From assembly GCA_943788175.1 (NCBI GenBank), contig CALSPG010000003.1, positions 64,001 through 128,000 of the forward strand: a stretch of 64,000 nucleotides of DNA, read 5' to 3'. The translations under genes and the position numbers were made by a program. The DNA is from an uncultured bacterium. GTDB lineage: Bacteria > Fidelibacterota > Marinisomatia > Marinisomatales > UBA1611. This document shows, in pieces, positions 30,201 through 40,635 of the stretch (its first letter is position 1; every line of letters starts with the position of its first letter). The notes under the pieces are model-generated. The model was not told the origin of the DNA, did not search any database, and worked only from the letters and a program-made list of their open reading frames with translations.

Positions 30201-31502
30201 CTAACTATTACGCAAGGCGAGAAAGAATCAAAAGCTGTTTTTAATGTTCCCTATGGTGCAACAATGTTAGTCGAAGCTGGAGAAAAAATAAAAGCTCAGA
30301 CAACGATGTTTCAATGGGATCCCTATACTGATATTATTCTTGCTAGAGAGACTGGTTTGGTTAGTCTGAAAGATTTTGTTGAAGGTGAAACTTATTCTGT
30401 TGAGTCAGTAGAGACTGGGAAAAAGCAAATTGTTGTTATCGAGGCTCGGGATAGAAAGCTAAGTCCTCATTTGGAAATTGTAGATAAAAATGGTGAAATA
30501 GTAGCGGGTAGTACAATTCTCCCTGTGAAGGCGACGCTAGTTGTCAATGACAAAGAAGAAGTTGAGCGGGGGCAGACTTTGGTAAAAATACCTAAAGATA
30601 TAGGTAAAACTAGAGATATTACTGGTGGCTTGCCTCGAGTAGCTGAATTGTTTGAATCTAGAAAGCCCTCCAATCCGGCTGTGATGACAGAAATTAATGG
30701 AACTGTTAAGTTTGGTGAAACGCGAAGAGGTATTAGAAAAATTCATGTTGTTGGCTCTGATGGAGATGACAGGTCATATTCTATTCCCTATGGTAAACAT
30801 GTAATAGTTCATGAAGGTGATTTCATCAATGCTGGTTCTTCTTTATGTGAGGGTGCAATCTCTCCAAGTGACATACTTAGGGTTCTGGGTCCGTCTGCTG
30901 TAGTTGAATATCTAGTAAATGAAATCCAAGAAGTTTACAGGCTTCAAGGTGTAAAAATAAATGACAAGCATATCGAAATTATTGTAAATCAGATGATGCA
31001 AAAAGTTAGTGTAAAAGAAATTGGTGACTCTAGGTTTCTTCAAGAAGATAGGATAAGTAAAAACGATTTTATGATAGAGAATGAAAGATTATCCAAGATG
31101 GTCGTTGTTACGGTACCTGGCGATACTGGTTTAGATGAAGATGTGATGATTGAAAAATCAGAACTCAATGAGTTAAATAAAGAGGTTAAGGCTGAAGGAA
31201 AAGATGTCGCTAAATATCGGAAAACTATTCCTTCTACATTTGAACCAATACTGATGGGTATTACTAGGGCCTCTCTTAATACCGAAAGTTTTATCAGTGC
31301 CGCTTCTTTTCAAGAAACTACGAGGGTGTTAACAGATGCTGCCACTGCAGGTAAAACTGATTATTTATACGGTTTAAAAGAAAATGTAGCAGTTGGGAGA
31401 ATAATTCCGGCTGGAACTGGCACTCCAAAAATAGCGGATGTTCTGGTTGGCGTGGATGGAGTTAACGATTCTTCGATGGATGTTGATGATGCAGTTGCAT
31501 AA
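27258..31502 (+). CDS. rpoC: RNA polymerase beta' subunit
   Basis: N-terminal zinc finger, NADFDGD, GARKG, GEPGTQLT, SAASFQET; TTG start. Confidence 0.99.
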   Translation: MTYIQSNNLDTSKSYSSITIGLASPESILARSYGEILKPETINYRSYKPEKDGLFCEKIFGPVKDYECHCGKYKGIRYRGIICDRCGVEVTRKKVRRERMGHITLAVPIVHIWYLRSIPSKLSYLAGRSTKELERVIYYEMYMVLDPADSGLKPFDLIEEEDYLDYEQKFGFSAVSEERRDNDDYFYAAMGGEAIKEMLARINIMELKKELEDIVKTSKSKQKRTDALKRLKVTYSFVPDPTKKRLNKPEWMIVSILPVIPPELRPLVPLEGGRFAASDLNDLYRRIIIRNNRLKQLMEIKAPDVILRNEKRMLQESVDALFDNSRRKTAIRSGSRRPLKSLSDMLRGKTGRFRQNLLGKRVDYSGRSVIVVGPQLKLQECGLPKNMALELFKPHMIRELMGRGYTQTPRSAKLMIENHEPVVYKVLEYVVKDHPVMLNRAPTLHRLGIQAFQPVLVEGKAIQLHPLVCSAFNADFDGDQMAVHVPLSLPAQMEARMLMLASHNILHPANGQPIAVPSQDMILGSYYLTKLKNGDLGEGKLFGSIDEVVLAHENRVVGMHAKISVKHKGVWIKDTTVGRAIFNSILPTEMDFIDALIDKKLLTEVVNQCYLVVGNYKTVIFLDDLKDLGFKMATLSGLSISISDVLIPGEKDNILAIAFDKVNDIKNKFDRHVLTEGERYNKVIDVWTHTTNHVAQVMEQELRKDNQGFNALSMMTDSGARGSKDQIKQLAGMRGLMAKPQKSMKGGVGEIIESPITSNFKEGLSVFEYFISTHGARKGLADTALKTADAGYLTRRLVDVAQDVVVYEEDCGTINGILISDLKEGEEIIEPIADRILGRTILDDFIDRGKVVVKAGSVLSEKEAELIGDSGVESVQIRSVLTCDTKRGICAKCYGWDLSLHKIVDIGTSVGIRAAQSIGEPGTQLTLRTFHIGGTASRVIEQSEMKNKRAGVVEFSDNYDYAITRDEAGLEVRRCMVRHAKLTITQGEKESKAVFNVPYGATMLVEAGEKIKAQTTMFQWDPYTDIILARETGLVSLKDFVEGETYSVESVETGKKQIVVIEARDRKLSPHLEIVDKNGEIVAGSTILPVKATLVVNDKEEVERGQTLVKIPKDIGKTRDITGGLPRVAELFESRKPSNPAVMTEINGTVKFGETRRGIRKIHVVGSDGDDRSYSIPYGKHVIVHEGDFINAGSSLCEGAISPSDILRVLGPSAVVEYLVNEIQEVYRLQGVKINDKHIEIIVNQMMQKVSVKEIGDSRFLQEDRISKNDFMIENERLSKMVVVTVPGDTGLDEDVMIEKSELNELNKEVKAEGKDVAKYRKTIPSTFEPILMGITRASLNTESFISAASFQETTRVLTDAATAGKTDYLYGLKENVAVGRIIPAGTGTPKIADVLVGVDGVNDSSMDVDDAVA

Positions 31503-31525
31503 TAATTAAAATTAGATGAAAATCA

Positions 31526-31565
31526 TTGTTATGTATTCAAATATTAGATTAACTTACGAGGCTGT
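31526..31565 (+). promoter_or_regulatory. Probable promoter of the rpsL (str) unit
   Basis: TTGTTA-18-TAACTT-ACGAGGCTGT, matching TTGTAA-18-TAAGTT-ATGAGGCTGT before the tRNA cluster. Confidence 0.6.
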
Positions 31566-31577
31566 GGAGAAATATAT

Positions 31578-31955
31578 ATGCCAACAATAAATCAATTAGT
31601 GCGAAAAGGTAGGAAGAGAATCTTGAAAAAGACCTCTACTCCTGCACTTATGAGTAATCCTCAAAAAAGGGGTGTTTGCACACGCGTATATACTACGACA
31701 CCAAAAAAACCAAATTCAGCATTACGAAAAGTTGCTAGGGTAAGACTTACAAATTCTACAGAAGTAACTGCGTACATTCCTGGCGAGGGCCATAATCTTC
31801 AAGAGCACTCAATTGTGTTGATTGAAGGTGGTCGTGTAAAGGATTTACCTGGTGTGCGTTATCACATTGTTAGGGGTACCTTGGATACTGCTGGTGTTGA
31901 CGATAGAAGGACTAGTCGCAGTAGATATGGTGCAAAAAAACCAAAAGCTAGTTAA
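31578..31955 (+). CDS. rpsL: 30S ribosomal protein S12
   Basis: [29 protein letters not shown]. Confidence 0.99.
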   Translation: MPTINQLVRKGRKRILKKTSTPALMSNPQKRGVCTRVYTTTPKKPNSALRKVARVRLTNSTEVTAYIPGEGHNLQEHSIVLIEGGRVKDLPGVRYHIVRGTLDTAGVDDRRTSRSRYGAKKPKAS

Positions 31956-31961
31956 AATATT

Positions 31962-32426
31962 ATGAGAAGAAGAAGACCAGAAAAAAGAACGATTTTGCCT
32001 GATACGAAGTATGATGATCTTTCTGTCGCAAAATTCATTAATTATATCATGGAAAGTGGAAAAAAAGGTGTAGCTGAAAAGATTTTTTATGGTGCTATGG
32101 ATATTATTCAGAACAAGACTAAAACTGATGGTCTAAAGATATTTAAAAAAGGTATTGAGAATACTTCTCCAAGCGTAGAGGTTAAGTCAAGAAGAATTGG
32201 TGGCGCTACTTACCAAGTCCCAATTGAAGTGCCAAGAAAGAGGGGGTTTTATCTCGCTTCTCTCTGGATTATTAAGGCTTCAAATAATTCATCTGGAAAG
32301 CCTATGGCTGATAAGCTGGCAAGTGAATTAATTGCTGCTGCTAATGGCGATGGTAACGCTATTAAAAAGAAAGAAGATGTTCACAGGATGGCTGATGCAA
32401 ATAAAGCATTCGCTCATTTTAGATAA
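31962..32426 (+). CDS. rpsG: 30S ribosomal protein S7
   Basis: SRRIGGATYQVP, HRMADANKAFAH. Confidence 0.98.
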   Translation: MRRRRPEKRTILPDTKYDDLSVAKFINYIMESGKKGVAEKIFYGAMDIIQNKTKTDGLKIFKKGIENTSPSVEVKSRRIGGATYQVPIEVPRKRGFYLASLWIIKASNNSSGKPMADKLASELIAAANGDGNAIKKKEDVHRMADANKAFAHFR

Positions 32427-32446
32427 TTTAAGGTCTGGATTTTAAT

Positions 32447-34537
32447 TTGAAGAGCAATGATTTAAATAGTTTTAGGAATATCGGCATTATGGCTCATATA
32501 GATGCTGGAAAAACCACCCTTACTGAAAGAATTTTGTATTACACTGGTGTTACGCACCGTATCGGTGAAGTTCACGATGGTGCTGCAACAATGGATTGGA
32601 TGGAGCAGGAGCAAGAAAGAGGTATTACCATTACTTCTGCTGCGACTACATGTAACTGGGATGATCATAGGATAAATATTATTGATACGCCAGGGCACGT
32701 CGATTTCACTGTAGAGGTTGAGAGGTCCTTAAGAGTTTTGGATAGTGCTGTTGCAGTGTTCTGTGCTGTTGGCGGTGTTGAGCCTCAGAGTGAGACAGTA
32801 TGGAGGCAGGCTGATAAATATGATGTCCCAAGAATTGCTTTTGTTAATAAAATGGATAGAGTAGGCGCAGATTTCTTCAATGTTATGGAAATGGTTAAGG
32901 ATAGGCTTGGAGCGAATCCTCTTCCGGTTGTTATTCCAATTGGTACTGGTGAGACCTTTACCGGTATTATTGATCTTATTTCTATGAAAGCTATTTTGTA
33001 CAACGAATCTACGATGGGTTCTAGATTTGAAGAAGCTGATATACCTTCTGATATGGTTGAGGTTGCAGATAAATGGAGAAAGCATTTGATTGAGGAAACG
33101 GCCTCTTATGATGAAAATCTCTTAGAAAAGTTCGTTTCTGATGAAGATATTTCTGCTGATGAGTTAAAGGCAGCGATAAGAAAGGGCTGTTTAGATAATA
33201 CTTTTATCCCGATGTTTTGTGGTTCTGCTTTTAAGAATAAGGGAGTTCAAAGACTTCTAGATGCTGTAGTTGACTTCTTACCTTCTCCTGTTGATATTGG
33301 TGAAGTTGTAGGTACCGACCCTAGGGATTCTGACCTTGAATTGAAGAGGCAGCCTGATGTAGATGCTCCCTTTAGTGCATTGGCCTTTAAAATAATGACT
33401 GATCCTTATGTTGGCAAATTAACCTACATGCGTGTTTATTCAGGTAGCTTAGATGCGGGTTCTTATGTCTATAATGCTAATAATGGTAAAAAAGAAAGAA
33501 TTAGTAGGGTGCTTTTAATGCATTCAAATAAAAGAGAAGACCGTGACGGGGTTGTTGCTGGAGAGATAGTAGCTGCCGTCGGTTTAAAAAATGTAAAAAC
33601 CGGTAATACTCTATGTAATCAATCTGATCAGATTGTTCTAGAGTCAATGGATTTTCCAGAGCCTGTTGTTGCTGTTTCTGTCGAGCCTGTTAGTAAGGCT
33701 GATCAAGATTCACTGTCAAAATCTTTGGCTAAATTGGGTGAAGAGGATCCCACCTTTAGAGTTTCAACTGATGAGGAAACTGGGCAAACTATTATAGCTG
33801 GTATGGGTGAGCTTCATCTTGAGATTTTGGTTGATAGATTAAAAAGAGAATTTAAGGTTAAGGCTAACATTGGTAAGCCTATCGTAGCTTACAGAGAGTC
33901 TATTACTGAGGCTATTAGTGATGTCGAAACAAAATTTGTCCGCCAGTCTGGTGGTAAGGGTCAATATGGTCATGTCGTTATTAACGTGGAGCCTAACGAA
34001 CCTGGTAAAGGGTATCATTTTGAAAATAAAATTACGGGTGGTGTTATTCCTCGAGAATATATTCCCTCAGTTGATAAAGGTATGCAAGAGGCGCTGAAAA
34101 ATGGTGTTATTGCTGGATATCCTATTGAAGATATTAGAGTTGAGCTCATATTTGGTTCTTATCATGATGTAGACTCTTCGGAAATGGCATTTAAAATTGC
34201 CGGTTCTATGGCAATTCAATCAGCTTGTAAAAAAGCTAGTCCTAAGTTAATGGAACCAATTATGGCTGTAGAGGTAATCACGCCAGATGAGTACTTAGGA
34301 GATGTTATGGGAGATATTAGTTCTAGGCGCGGTAAAATTGATGGTATGAGCCAAAGAAATGAGGCTCAGGTAATTAAAGCTAATGTTCCATTGAGTAATA
34401 TGTTTGGTTATGTAACTGATTTGAGATCTGTTACTCAAGGTAGAGCGGTCTTTCACATGCAGTTTGCGCACTACAGTATTGTGCCTTCTTCTGTAGAAGC
34501 TGAAATTATGGAAAGAGTTCATGGCAAAGCCGTTTGA
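32447..34537 (+). CDS. fusA: Elongation factor G
   Basis: [35 protein letters not shown] start. Confidence 0.99.
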   Translation: MKSNDLNSFRNIGIMAHIDAGKTTLTERILYYTGVTHRIGEVHDGAATMDWMEQEQERGITITSAATTCNWDDHRINIIDTPGHVDFTVEVERSLRVLDSAVAVFCAVGGVEPQSETVWRQADKYDVPRIAFVNKMDRVGADFFNVMEMVKDRLGANPLPVVIPIGTGETFTGIIDLISMKAILYNESTMGSRFEEADIPSDMVEVADKWRKHLIEETASYDENLLEKFVSDEDISADELKAAIRKGCLDNTFIPMFCGSAFKNKGVQRLLDAVVDFLPSPVDIGEVVGTDPRDSDLELKRQPDVDAPFSALAFKIMTDPYVGKLTYMRVYSGSLDAGSYVYNANNGKKERISRVLLMHSNKREDRDGVVAGEIVAAVGLKNVKTGNTLCNQSDQIVLESMDFPEPVVAVSVEPVSKADQDSLSKSLAKLGEEDPTFRVSTDEETGQTIIAGMGELHLEILVDRLKREFKVKANIGKPIVAYRESITEAISDVETKFVRQSGGKGQYGHVVINVEPNEPGKGYHFENKITGGVIPREYIPSVDKGMQEALKNGVIAGYPIEDIRVELIFGSYHDVDSSEMAFKIAGSMAIQSACKKASPKLMEPIMAVEVITPDEYLGDVMGDISSRRGKIDGMSQRNEAQVIKANVPLSNMFGYVTDLRSVTQGRAVFHMQFAHYSIVPSSVEAEIMERVHGKAV

Positions 34538-35769
34538 TTTTTTTAAATAAGGAGTAAAGTAACAATGTCAAAAGCAAAATTTGAAAGAACAAAACCCCAT
34601 GTAAACATTGGGACTATTGGTCACGTTGATCATGGTAAAACAACGCTTACTGCTGCTATTACAATGCACCAAGGCGCTCATGGTTTAGCCGAGGTTCGTT
34701 CTTTTGATAGTATTGATAATGCTCCTGAAGAAAGAGAGCGTGGTATTACGATTCAGACTGCTCATGTAGAATATGAGACTGAGAACCGTCACTATGCTCA
34801 TGTTGATTGTCCTGGTCACGCTGATTATATTAAAAATATGATTACCGGCGCAGCGCAAATGGATGGTGGTATTTTAGTTGTATCTGCTGCTGATGGTCCA
34901 ATGCCTCAGACTAGAGAGCACGTTTTATTAGCGAGGCAGGTAAATGTTCCAAGTCTTGTTGTATTTATGAATAAGGTTGATCAAGTAGATGACCCTGAGC
35001 TTTTAGAACTTGTTGAGATGGAATTGCGTGATCTTCTTAATGAGTACGAATTTCCTGGCGATGACACTCCTATTATTATGGGTAGTGCGCTCAATGCCTT
35101 GAACGATTCAAATGATGAAGTTGCTAACAAGTGCATTGTTGAATTGATGGACGCTTGTGATAACTTTATTCCTGAGCCAAAAAGAGACATTGACAAGCCT
35201 TTTCTTATGCCTGTTGAGGATGTTTTTAGTATTACTGGTCGTGGTACTGTCGGTACTGGTCGCATTGAAAGAGGAATCATTAAAGTTGGTGATGAGATAG
35301 AAGTCGTCGGTATGGGTACTCTAACGAAGACAACTGTTACAGGTGTTGAAATGTTTCGTAAGTTATTAGATCAAGGTCAGGCTGGAGATAACGCCGGGCT
35401 CTTACTGCGCGGTATTGATAAAGAAGATTTAAGTAGGGGGCAAGTATTGGCCCTGCCTGGCAGTATTACTCCACACACGAAGTTTAAAGCGAGTGTTTAC
35501 ATTTTGAAAAAAGAAGAGGGTGGTCGTCATACTCCGTTTTTTAATGGTTATAGACCGCAGTTCTATTTTAGGACAACAGATGTAACGGGAGTGGTTACAT
35601 TGCCAGAAGGTACTGAAATGGTTATGCCTGGTGACAATGTAGAATTTGAAGTTTCATTAATTACATCAGTAGCGATGGATAAAGAACTTAGGTTCGCCAT
35701 TCGTGAAGGTGGGCATACTGTTGGTGCAGGTGTCGTAACAGAGATTGTTGAGTAGGGTATAATATGGCT
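34532..35769 (+). repeat. 1238-bp direct repeat, copy 2 (tuf plus flanks)
   Basis: Near-identical to 19110-20347. Confidence 0.92.
34565..35755 (+). CDS. tuf: Elongation factor Tu (str-operon copy)
   Basis: Same protein as 19143-20333 except D193/E193. Confidence 0.99.
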   Translation: MSKAKFERTKPHVNIGTIGHVDHGKTTLTAAITMHQGAHGLAEVRSFDSIDNAPEERERGITIQTAHVEYETENRHYAHVDCPGHADYIKNMITGAAQMDGGILVVSAADGPMPQTREHVLLARQVNVPSLVVFMNKVDQVDDPELLELVEMELRDLLNEYEFPGDDTPIIMGSALNALNDSNDEVANKCIVELMDACDNFIPEPKRDIDKPFLMPVEDVFSITGRGTVGTGRIERGIIKVGDEIEVVGMGTLTKTTVTGVEMFRKLLDQGQAGDNAGLLLRGIDKEDLSRGQVLALPGSITPHTKFKASVYILKKEEGGRHTPFFNGYRPQFYFRTTDVTGVVTLPEGTEMVMPGDNVEFEVSLITSVAMDKELRFAIREGGHTVGAGVVTEIVE

Positions 35770-36072
35770 AACCAGTCAATAAGAATAAGTTTAAGAGCGT
35801 ATGACCATATTTTGCTAGATAAGTCTACAGATAAAATTGTAAAAACAGCCAAGTCTACAGGTGCTATCATATCTGGTCCTATTCCTCTTCCTACTAAGCG
35901 TTCTATTTATACAGTTCTTCGTTCGCCTCATGTAGACAAAAAATCCAGAGAGCAATTTCAGACAAAAATTCATAAAAGAATGATTGATATAATTAATTCT
36001 ACGCCAAAGACTGTTGAGTCTCTTATGAAGTTAGATCTTCCTGCTGGTGTTGATATTGAGATAAAGGTTTAG
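35764..36072 (+). CDS. rpsJ: 30S ribosomal protein S10
   Basis: [20 protein letters not shown]. Confidence 0.99.
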   Translation: MANQSIRISLRAYDHILLDKSTDKIVKTAKSTGAIISGPIPLPTKRSIYTVLRSPHVDKKSREQFQTKIHKRMIDIINSTPKTVESLMKLDLPAGVDIEIKV

Positions 36073-36078
36073 CTGTTT

Positions 36079-36696
36079 ATGCGAGGATTAATAGGAAAAA
36101 AAATTGGTATGACAAGGGTCTTCAATTCAGGCGGCCGTGCAATTCCAGTCACTGTTTTGGAAGTTGGTCCTTGTTATGTTACGCAGGTAAAAACCATTGA
36201 AAATGATGGTTATGATTCTGTTCAAATTGGTTATATTGAAGCAAAGAGTAAGCATGTGAACAAACCTAGTGCGGGGCATTTTTTAAAAAACAATGTAAAG
36301 CCAACTAAGGTTCTAGCTGAATTTCAAAAAGTTCCAAAGTTTGACTATAAACCTGGGCAAGTATTTAATGTGAGCCTCTTCAATGAGGGAGATTTTGTCA
36401 GTGTATCTGGTAAGTCGAAAGGTCATGGGTTTTCAGGTACTGTTAAGAAGTATAATTTTAGTACTCAAAGAAAGACTCATGGTCAGGGAGATACATATAG
36501 ACATGTAGGTTCGATTGGTAATGCCTCTGACCCTTCGCGTGTATTCCCCGGGAAAAAAATGCCAGGTAGGTATGGTAATAAAACTGTGAGTGTTAAATCT
36601 CTTGAAGTTATTAAAGTAAATGAGCTAAAAAACCAATTGTTAGTTAAAGGTAGTGTACCTGGGTCAACTAACGGCATCGTTGTTATTACGAGATAA
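36079..36696 (+). CDS. rplC: 50S ribosomal protein L3
   Basis: GKKIGMT, SKGHGFSG, PSRVFPGKKMPG. Confidence 0.98.
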   Translation: MRGLIGKKIGMTRVFNSGGRAIPVTVLEVGPCYVTQVKTIENDGYDSVQIGYIEAKSKHVNKPSAGHFLKNNVKPTKVLAEFQKVPKFDYKPGQVFNVSLFNEGDFVSVSGKSKGHGFSGTVKKYNFSTQRKTHGQGDTYRHVGSIGNASDPSRVFPGKKMPGRYGNKTVSVKSLEVIKVNELKNQLLVKGSVPGSTNGIVVITR

Positions 36697-36698
36697 AT

Positions 36699-37322
36699 AT
36701 GAAAATAGAAGTACATAATAATTCAGGTAAAGTTGTTGATAGTATTGATATTGACAATAATGTTTTTGATGTTGAATTGAATCCATCTGTGATAAGGCAA
36801 GCTGTTCTTGCAGAGTTGACTAACTTAAGACAAGGCACTCATAGTACTAAAAATCGTTCTGCTGTCAGGGGCGGTGGTAAAAAGCCGTTTAAGCAGAAGG
36901 GTCGTGGTGTTGCTAGGGCTGGCACCATTCGTTCTCCATTATGGAAAGGTGGTGGTGTTGTTTTCGGTCCTGAACCTCATGGATATAGTCATAAAATGCC
37001 AAAAAAAATGAGCAAATTGGCCCGTAAATCAGTGATTTCAAAAAGAATAAAAGATGGTGAAGTTGTGATTTTAGATATCATTGATATAGAATCTAAAAAA
37101 ACTTCTAATTTTATATCTTTTTTAAAAGATATAAAGGTTAATCAAAAAAAGACCTTAATTTTAGTGGACTCATTCCAAGAAAATTTAGTTTTAGCTTCAA
37201 GAAATATTCGAAATGTTTTCATTGAAAATGCTAGAAGTGTAAGTGTTTATGACCTGCTTGACTCAGAGATTATTTTAATCGACAAAGTGGGTGTTAAAAT
37301 CTTATCGGAGGTTCTAGCTTAG
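36699..37322 (+). CDS. rplD: 50S ribosomal protein L4
   Basis: RQGTHSTK, KPFKQKGRGVARAG, GGGVVFGP. Confidence 0.98.
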   Translation: MKIEVHNNSGKVVDSIDIDNNVFDVELNPSVIRQAVLAELTNLRQGTHSTKNRSAVRGGGKKPFKQKGRGVARAGTIRSPLWKGGGVVFGPEPHGYSHKMPKKMSKLARKSVISKRIKDGEVVILDIIDIESKKTSNFISFLKDIKVNQKKTLILVDSFQENLVLASRNIRNVFIENARSVSVYDLLDSEIILIDKVGVKILSEVLA

Positions 37323-37326
37323 TATT

Positions 37327-37644
37327 ATGTATCAAAAAATAATTATTCGTCCAATATTAACAGAAAAAATGGCAATAATGCAGGAGCGTCAAAATAAATA
37401 TGCTTTTATAGTTTCTGCGGACTCTAACAAAATTCAAATCAAATCTGCCGTTGAAAGTAAGTTCGATGTTTCTGTGTCAAAAGTTGCTACTATGAACATA
37501 GACGGCAAGCTAAAGCAGATGACTACTCGAAGCAACGGAAAATCTATTAGAACTCAAGGAAAGAGGTCTAGCTATAAAAAAGCAATTGTTACTCTTATTG
37601 ATGGTGATGCAATTGATTATGTGAACAGTGGAGCAGAGGACTAG
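37327..37644 (+). CDS. rplW: 50S ribosomal protein L23
   Basis: [24 protein letters not shown]. Confidence 0.97.
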   Translation: MYQKIIIRPILTEKMAIMQERQNKYAFIVSADSNKIQIKSAVESKFDVSVSKVATMNIDGKLKQMTTRSNGKSIRTQGKRSSYKKAIVTLIDGDAIDYVNSGAED

Positions 37645-37645
37645 G

Positions 37646-38470
37646 ATGGGTGTAAGAAATTTAAAACCAGTTACGCCAGGAAGTAGATTTGCTTCGAGAG
37701 CTGATTTTTCTGAACTAACTACAGATAAACCAGAAAAGTCCCTTACTGTTGCGCTTAGAAAAAAAGGTGGTAGGAACAATACTGGCAGAATTACTGTTCG
37801 TAGAAGAGGTGGTGGTCATAGAAGAAGATACAGAATTGTAGATTACAAGAGAGATAAATTTGATGTGAAAGGTAAAGTAGCTACTATTGAATATGATCCG
37901 AATAGGTCTGCTTATATTTCGCTAATTCATTATGAAGATGGGGAAAAAAGATATATCATTGCTCCTTCAGATCTTCCTGTTGGCTCTCACATTGTTTCTG
38001 GAGAAAAAGTTCCTTTAAAAGTTGGTAACGCTTTAAAATTATTTAATATTCCTACAGGTCTTCTGGTTCATAATGTTGAAATGATACCTGGTAAAGGTGG
38101 TCAAATGGTTCGCTCTGCTGGCGGATATGCTCAAATAATGGCCCATGACAATGGTTTTACTACTCTTAAGCTCCCCTCTGGGGAAATCCGTCTTGTTTCG
38201 GAGAAGTGCATGGCAACTATTGGACAAGTCGGTAATAGGACATTTGAACAAATTGTTTCTGGTAAAGCCGGTCGCTCTCGTTGGCTTGGTAAACGTCCGA
38301 AAGTAAGAGGCGTTGTTATGAACCCTGTTGATCATCCGCATGGTGGCGGTGAAGGTAAAACTTCAGGTGGTCGTCATCCTGTTACTCCTTGGGGTAAGCC
38401 AACAAAAGGATTTAAGACTAGAAAGAAAAACAAAAAATCAAATAGTATGATAATCAAGAGGCGTAAATAG
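37646..38470 (+). CDS. rplB: 50S ribosomal protein L2
   Basis: [34 protein letters not shown] at 37646. Confidence 0.99.
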   Translation: MGVRNLKPVTPGSRFASRADFSELTTDKPEKSLTVALRKKGGRNNTGRITVRRRGGGHRRRYRIVDYKRDKFDVKGKVATIEYDPNRSAYISLIHYEDGEKRYIIAPSDLPVGSHIVSGEKVPLKVGNALKLFNIPTGLLVHNVEMIPGKGGQMVRSAGGYAQIMAHDNGFTTLKLPSGEIRLVSEKCMATIGQVGNRTFEQIVSGKAGRSRWLGKRPKVRGVVMNPVDHPHGGGEGKTSGGRHPVTPWGKPTKGFKTRKKNKKSNSMIIKRRK

Positions 38471-38472
38471 CG

Positions 38473-38739
38473 ATGGCTAGATCATTAAAAAAGGGTCCAT
38501 TTGTTGATCAAAAACTAATGGGAAAAGTTTTGAAGAATAATGAGAACGGTAAGAAGACTGTTATTAAAACCTGGTCTCGTAGATCAATGATAATTCCTGA
38601 TTTTGTTGGGCATACTTTTGCTGTACATAATGGTAATAAGTTTATTCCTGTTTTCGTTTCTGAAAATATGGTTGGGCATAAATTAGGTGAGTTTTCTCCC
38701 ACAAGGACATTTAGAATGCACTCTGGTGATAGGAAATAA
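38473..38739 (+). CDS. rpsS: 30S ribosomal protein S19
   Basis: [24 protein letters not shown]. Confidence 0.99.
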   Translation: MARSLKKGPFVDQKLMGKVLKNNENGKKTVIKTWSRRSMIIPDFVGHTFAVHNGNKFIPVFVSENMVGHKLGEFSPTRTFRMHSGDRK

Positions 38740-38744
38740 GTATT

Positions 38745-39086
38745 ATGGAAGCTAGAGCTACACTAAGGTATAATCGCCAGTCTCCTCGGAAGGTTAGAAA
38801 AGTATTAAATCAAGTACGTGGATTTAATGTTGGTAATGCGATAAATTATCTTCATTTTTCATCTGAAAAAGCTTCGGTTGCTATTGAAAAGACTATTCGA
38901 TCTGCAGTAGCGAACTTGTTACAATTAGATGGAAATAATGATATTGATACAGACCTTATTAGGATTAAAGAAGCGTATGTGAATCAAGGCCCTGTCATGA
39001 AACGTTTTCGTGCTGCATCAATGGGGAGAGCATCTAAACTTCGTAGGCCTTCTAGTCACTTAACTATAATTTTAACTACAGAATAG
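38745..39086 (+). CDS. rplV: 50S ribosomal protein L22
   Basis: SPRKVR, SAVAN, GPVMKR, SHLTI. Confidence 0.97.
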   Translation: MEARATLRYNRQSPRKVRKVLNQVRGFNVGNAINYLHFSSEKASVAIEKTIRSAVANLLQLDGNNDIDTDLIRIKEAYVNQGPVMKRFRAASMGRASKLRRPSSHLTIILTTE

Positions 39087-39102
39087 TCAACGAGGAAAAG
39101 AA

Positions 39103-39723
39103 TTGGGACAAAAAACACATCCAGTAGGTTTTAGATTAAATGTAAACAAAGGTTGGAAATCAACCTGGTTTGCTGATAAAAATAATTTTTCAGAGCCGTT
39201 AGAAGAAGATGTTAAAATTCGTAATTATATCTCTTACAGGCTTCCAAACGCTGGTATATCCAGTGTGGAGATAAATAGAACATCAAAAAAAGTTTCAGTT
39301 ACTATTCATACTGCTAGACCTGGTATTGTGATTGGTCGAGGTGGCGAAGAAGTTAATAAACTAAAAAAAGAGCTTAGGCAATTAACTAATAAAAAAGATG
39401 CTCAAATTAATATTTCAGAGGTTAAAAGGCCTGAGCTAGATGCTGCTCTAGTTGGTTCAAATATAGGCCAACAGCTCAAAAAGAAAATCTCTTATCGCAG
39501 AGTTATTAATAAATCAATGCAGGCGACTATGCGAATGGGTGCTAATGGTATTAGAATCAATGTTGCTGGTAGGCTCGGTGGTGTTGAAATTGCTAGAAGC
39601 GAAAAATATTCTGATGGTAGTGTTCCTTTGCATACTTTGAGAGCAAATATAGATTATGCTCTCACTGAAGTTCATACAGCATACGGAATAATCGGTGTAA
39701 AAGTCTGGATTTGTAAACCTTAA
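39103..39723 (+). CDS. rpsC: 30S ribosomal protein S3
   Basis: MGQKTHPVGFR (TTG start), RPGIVIG, GRLGG, PLHTLRA. Confidence 0.98.
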   Translation: MGQKTHPVGFRLNVNKGWKSTWFADKNNFSEPLEEDVKIRNYISYRLPNAGISSVEINRTSKKVSVTIHTARPGIVIGRGGEEVNKLKKELRQLTNKKDAQINISEVKRPELDAALVGSNIGQQLKKKISYRRVINKSMQATMRMGANGIRINVAGRLGGVEIARSEKYSDGSVPLHTLRANIDYALTEVHTAYGIIGVKVWICKP

Positions 39724-39737
39724 AAAATAATTAGATT

Positions 39738-40151
39738 ATGCTTGAACCAAAAAAAATAAAATATAGACGCCATCATCGTGGTAACAGGCGTGGAATGTCT
39801 GCACGTGGTAATCATGTTGCCTTTGGAACCTACGGACTTAAAGCGCTAGAAGCTGGTTGGGTTACAGCCAGACAAATTGAAGCGTCTCGTATTGTGATTT
39901 CTAGAATAGTTCGAAAAGTTGGTAAAATGTGGATTCGCATATTTCCTGATAAGCCTATTACTGCTAAGCCTGCGGAAACTAGGATGGGTAAGGGAAAAGG
40001 CTCTCTTGATCATTGGGTTTCTGTAGTTAAGCCTGGAAGAATTCTCTTTGAAATAGAGGGTATTGATAAGGAAATGGCTGAGGAAGCATTTAGGAATGCT
40101 GGTCACAAACTGCCTATCAAGACAAAATTAGTTGAAAGGAGGCCAATGTAA
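39738..40151 (+). CDS. rplP: 50S ribosomal protein L16
   Basis: [24 protein letters not shown]. Confidence 0.99.
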   Translation: MLEPKKIKYRRHHRGNRRGMSARGNHVAFGTYGLKALEAGWVTARQIEASRIVISRIVRKVGKMWIRIFPDKPITAKPAETRMGKGKGSLDHWVSVVKPGRILFEIEGIDKEMAEEAFRNAGHKLPIKTKLVERRPM

Positions 40152-40352
40152 ATGGCTGAAAAACAAAAATTGCTTAGCTCATTAAAAGATCTTAATTCTA
40201 GCCTAGTTGACTATCAAGAATCTTTGCAAAATTTAATATTTCAAAAAACTATGCAACAGTTAGAGGATTTGTCTCAAATTAAAAAAACTAGAAAAAAGAT
40301 TGCAAGAATAAAGACTCTTTTAAATGAGAATCTTTTATCGAATAACAACTAA
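40152..40352 (+). CDS. rpmC: 50S ribosomal protein L29
   Basis: RKKIARIKT motif; between rplP and rpsQ. Confidence 0.9.
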   Translation: MAEKQKLLSSLKDLNSSLVDYQESLQNLIFQKTMQQLEDLSQIKKTRKKIARIKTLLNENLLSNNN

Positions 40353-40365
40353 ACAACGATATAAT

Positions 40366-40632
40366 ATGATTGAAAATAAAAGTATACAAAGTCTCATAGG
40401 AAAAGTAGTATCTACAAAAATGGATAGTACTGTCAGTGTAGAGGTTACTAGGGTCGTTGCTCACCCTGTTTATCAAAAAAGAATTAAGAAGCATAAAAAA
40501 TTCTTATCTCATGTTGCTAAAGTGGTCCCTAAAGAAGGCGATGTGGTGAAAATAGTATCCACAAAACCGATTAGTAAGAATAAAAGGTGGCGTGTAAGTG
40601 AAATCATACAAGAATCAAAAAAATTAGGTTAA
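40366..40632 (+). CDS. rpsQ: 30S ribosomal protein S17
   Basis: GKVVSTKMD, HPVY, PISKNKRW; ATG at 40366. Confidence 0.96.
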   Translation: MIENKSIQSLIGKVVSTKMDSTVSVEVTRVVAHPVYQKRIKKHKKFLSHVAKVVPKEGDVVKIVSTKPISKNKRWRVSEIIQESKKLG

Positions 40633-40635
40633 AAA

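Noticed and set aside
23467-31502. Inteins or introns in rpoB/rpoC
   Set aside because: Lengths are ordinary, conserved motifs are uninterrupted and no splice motifs were seen.
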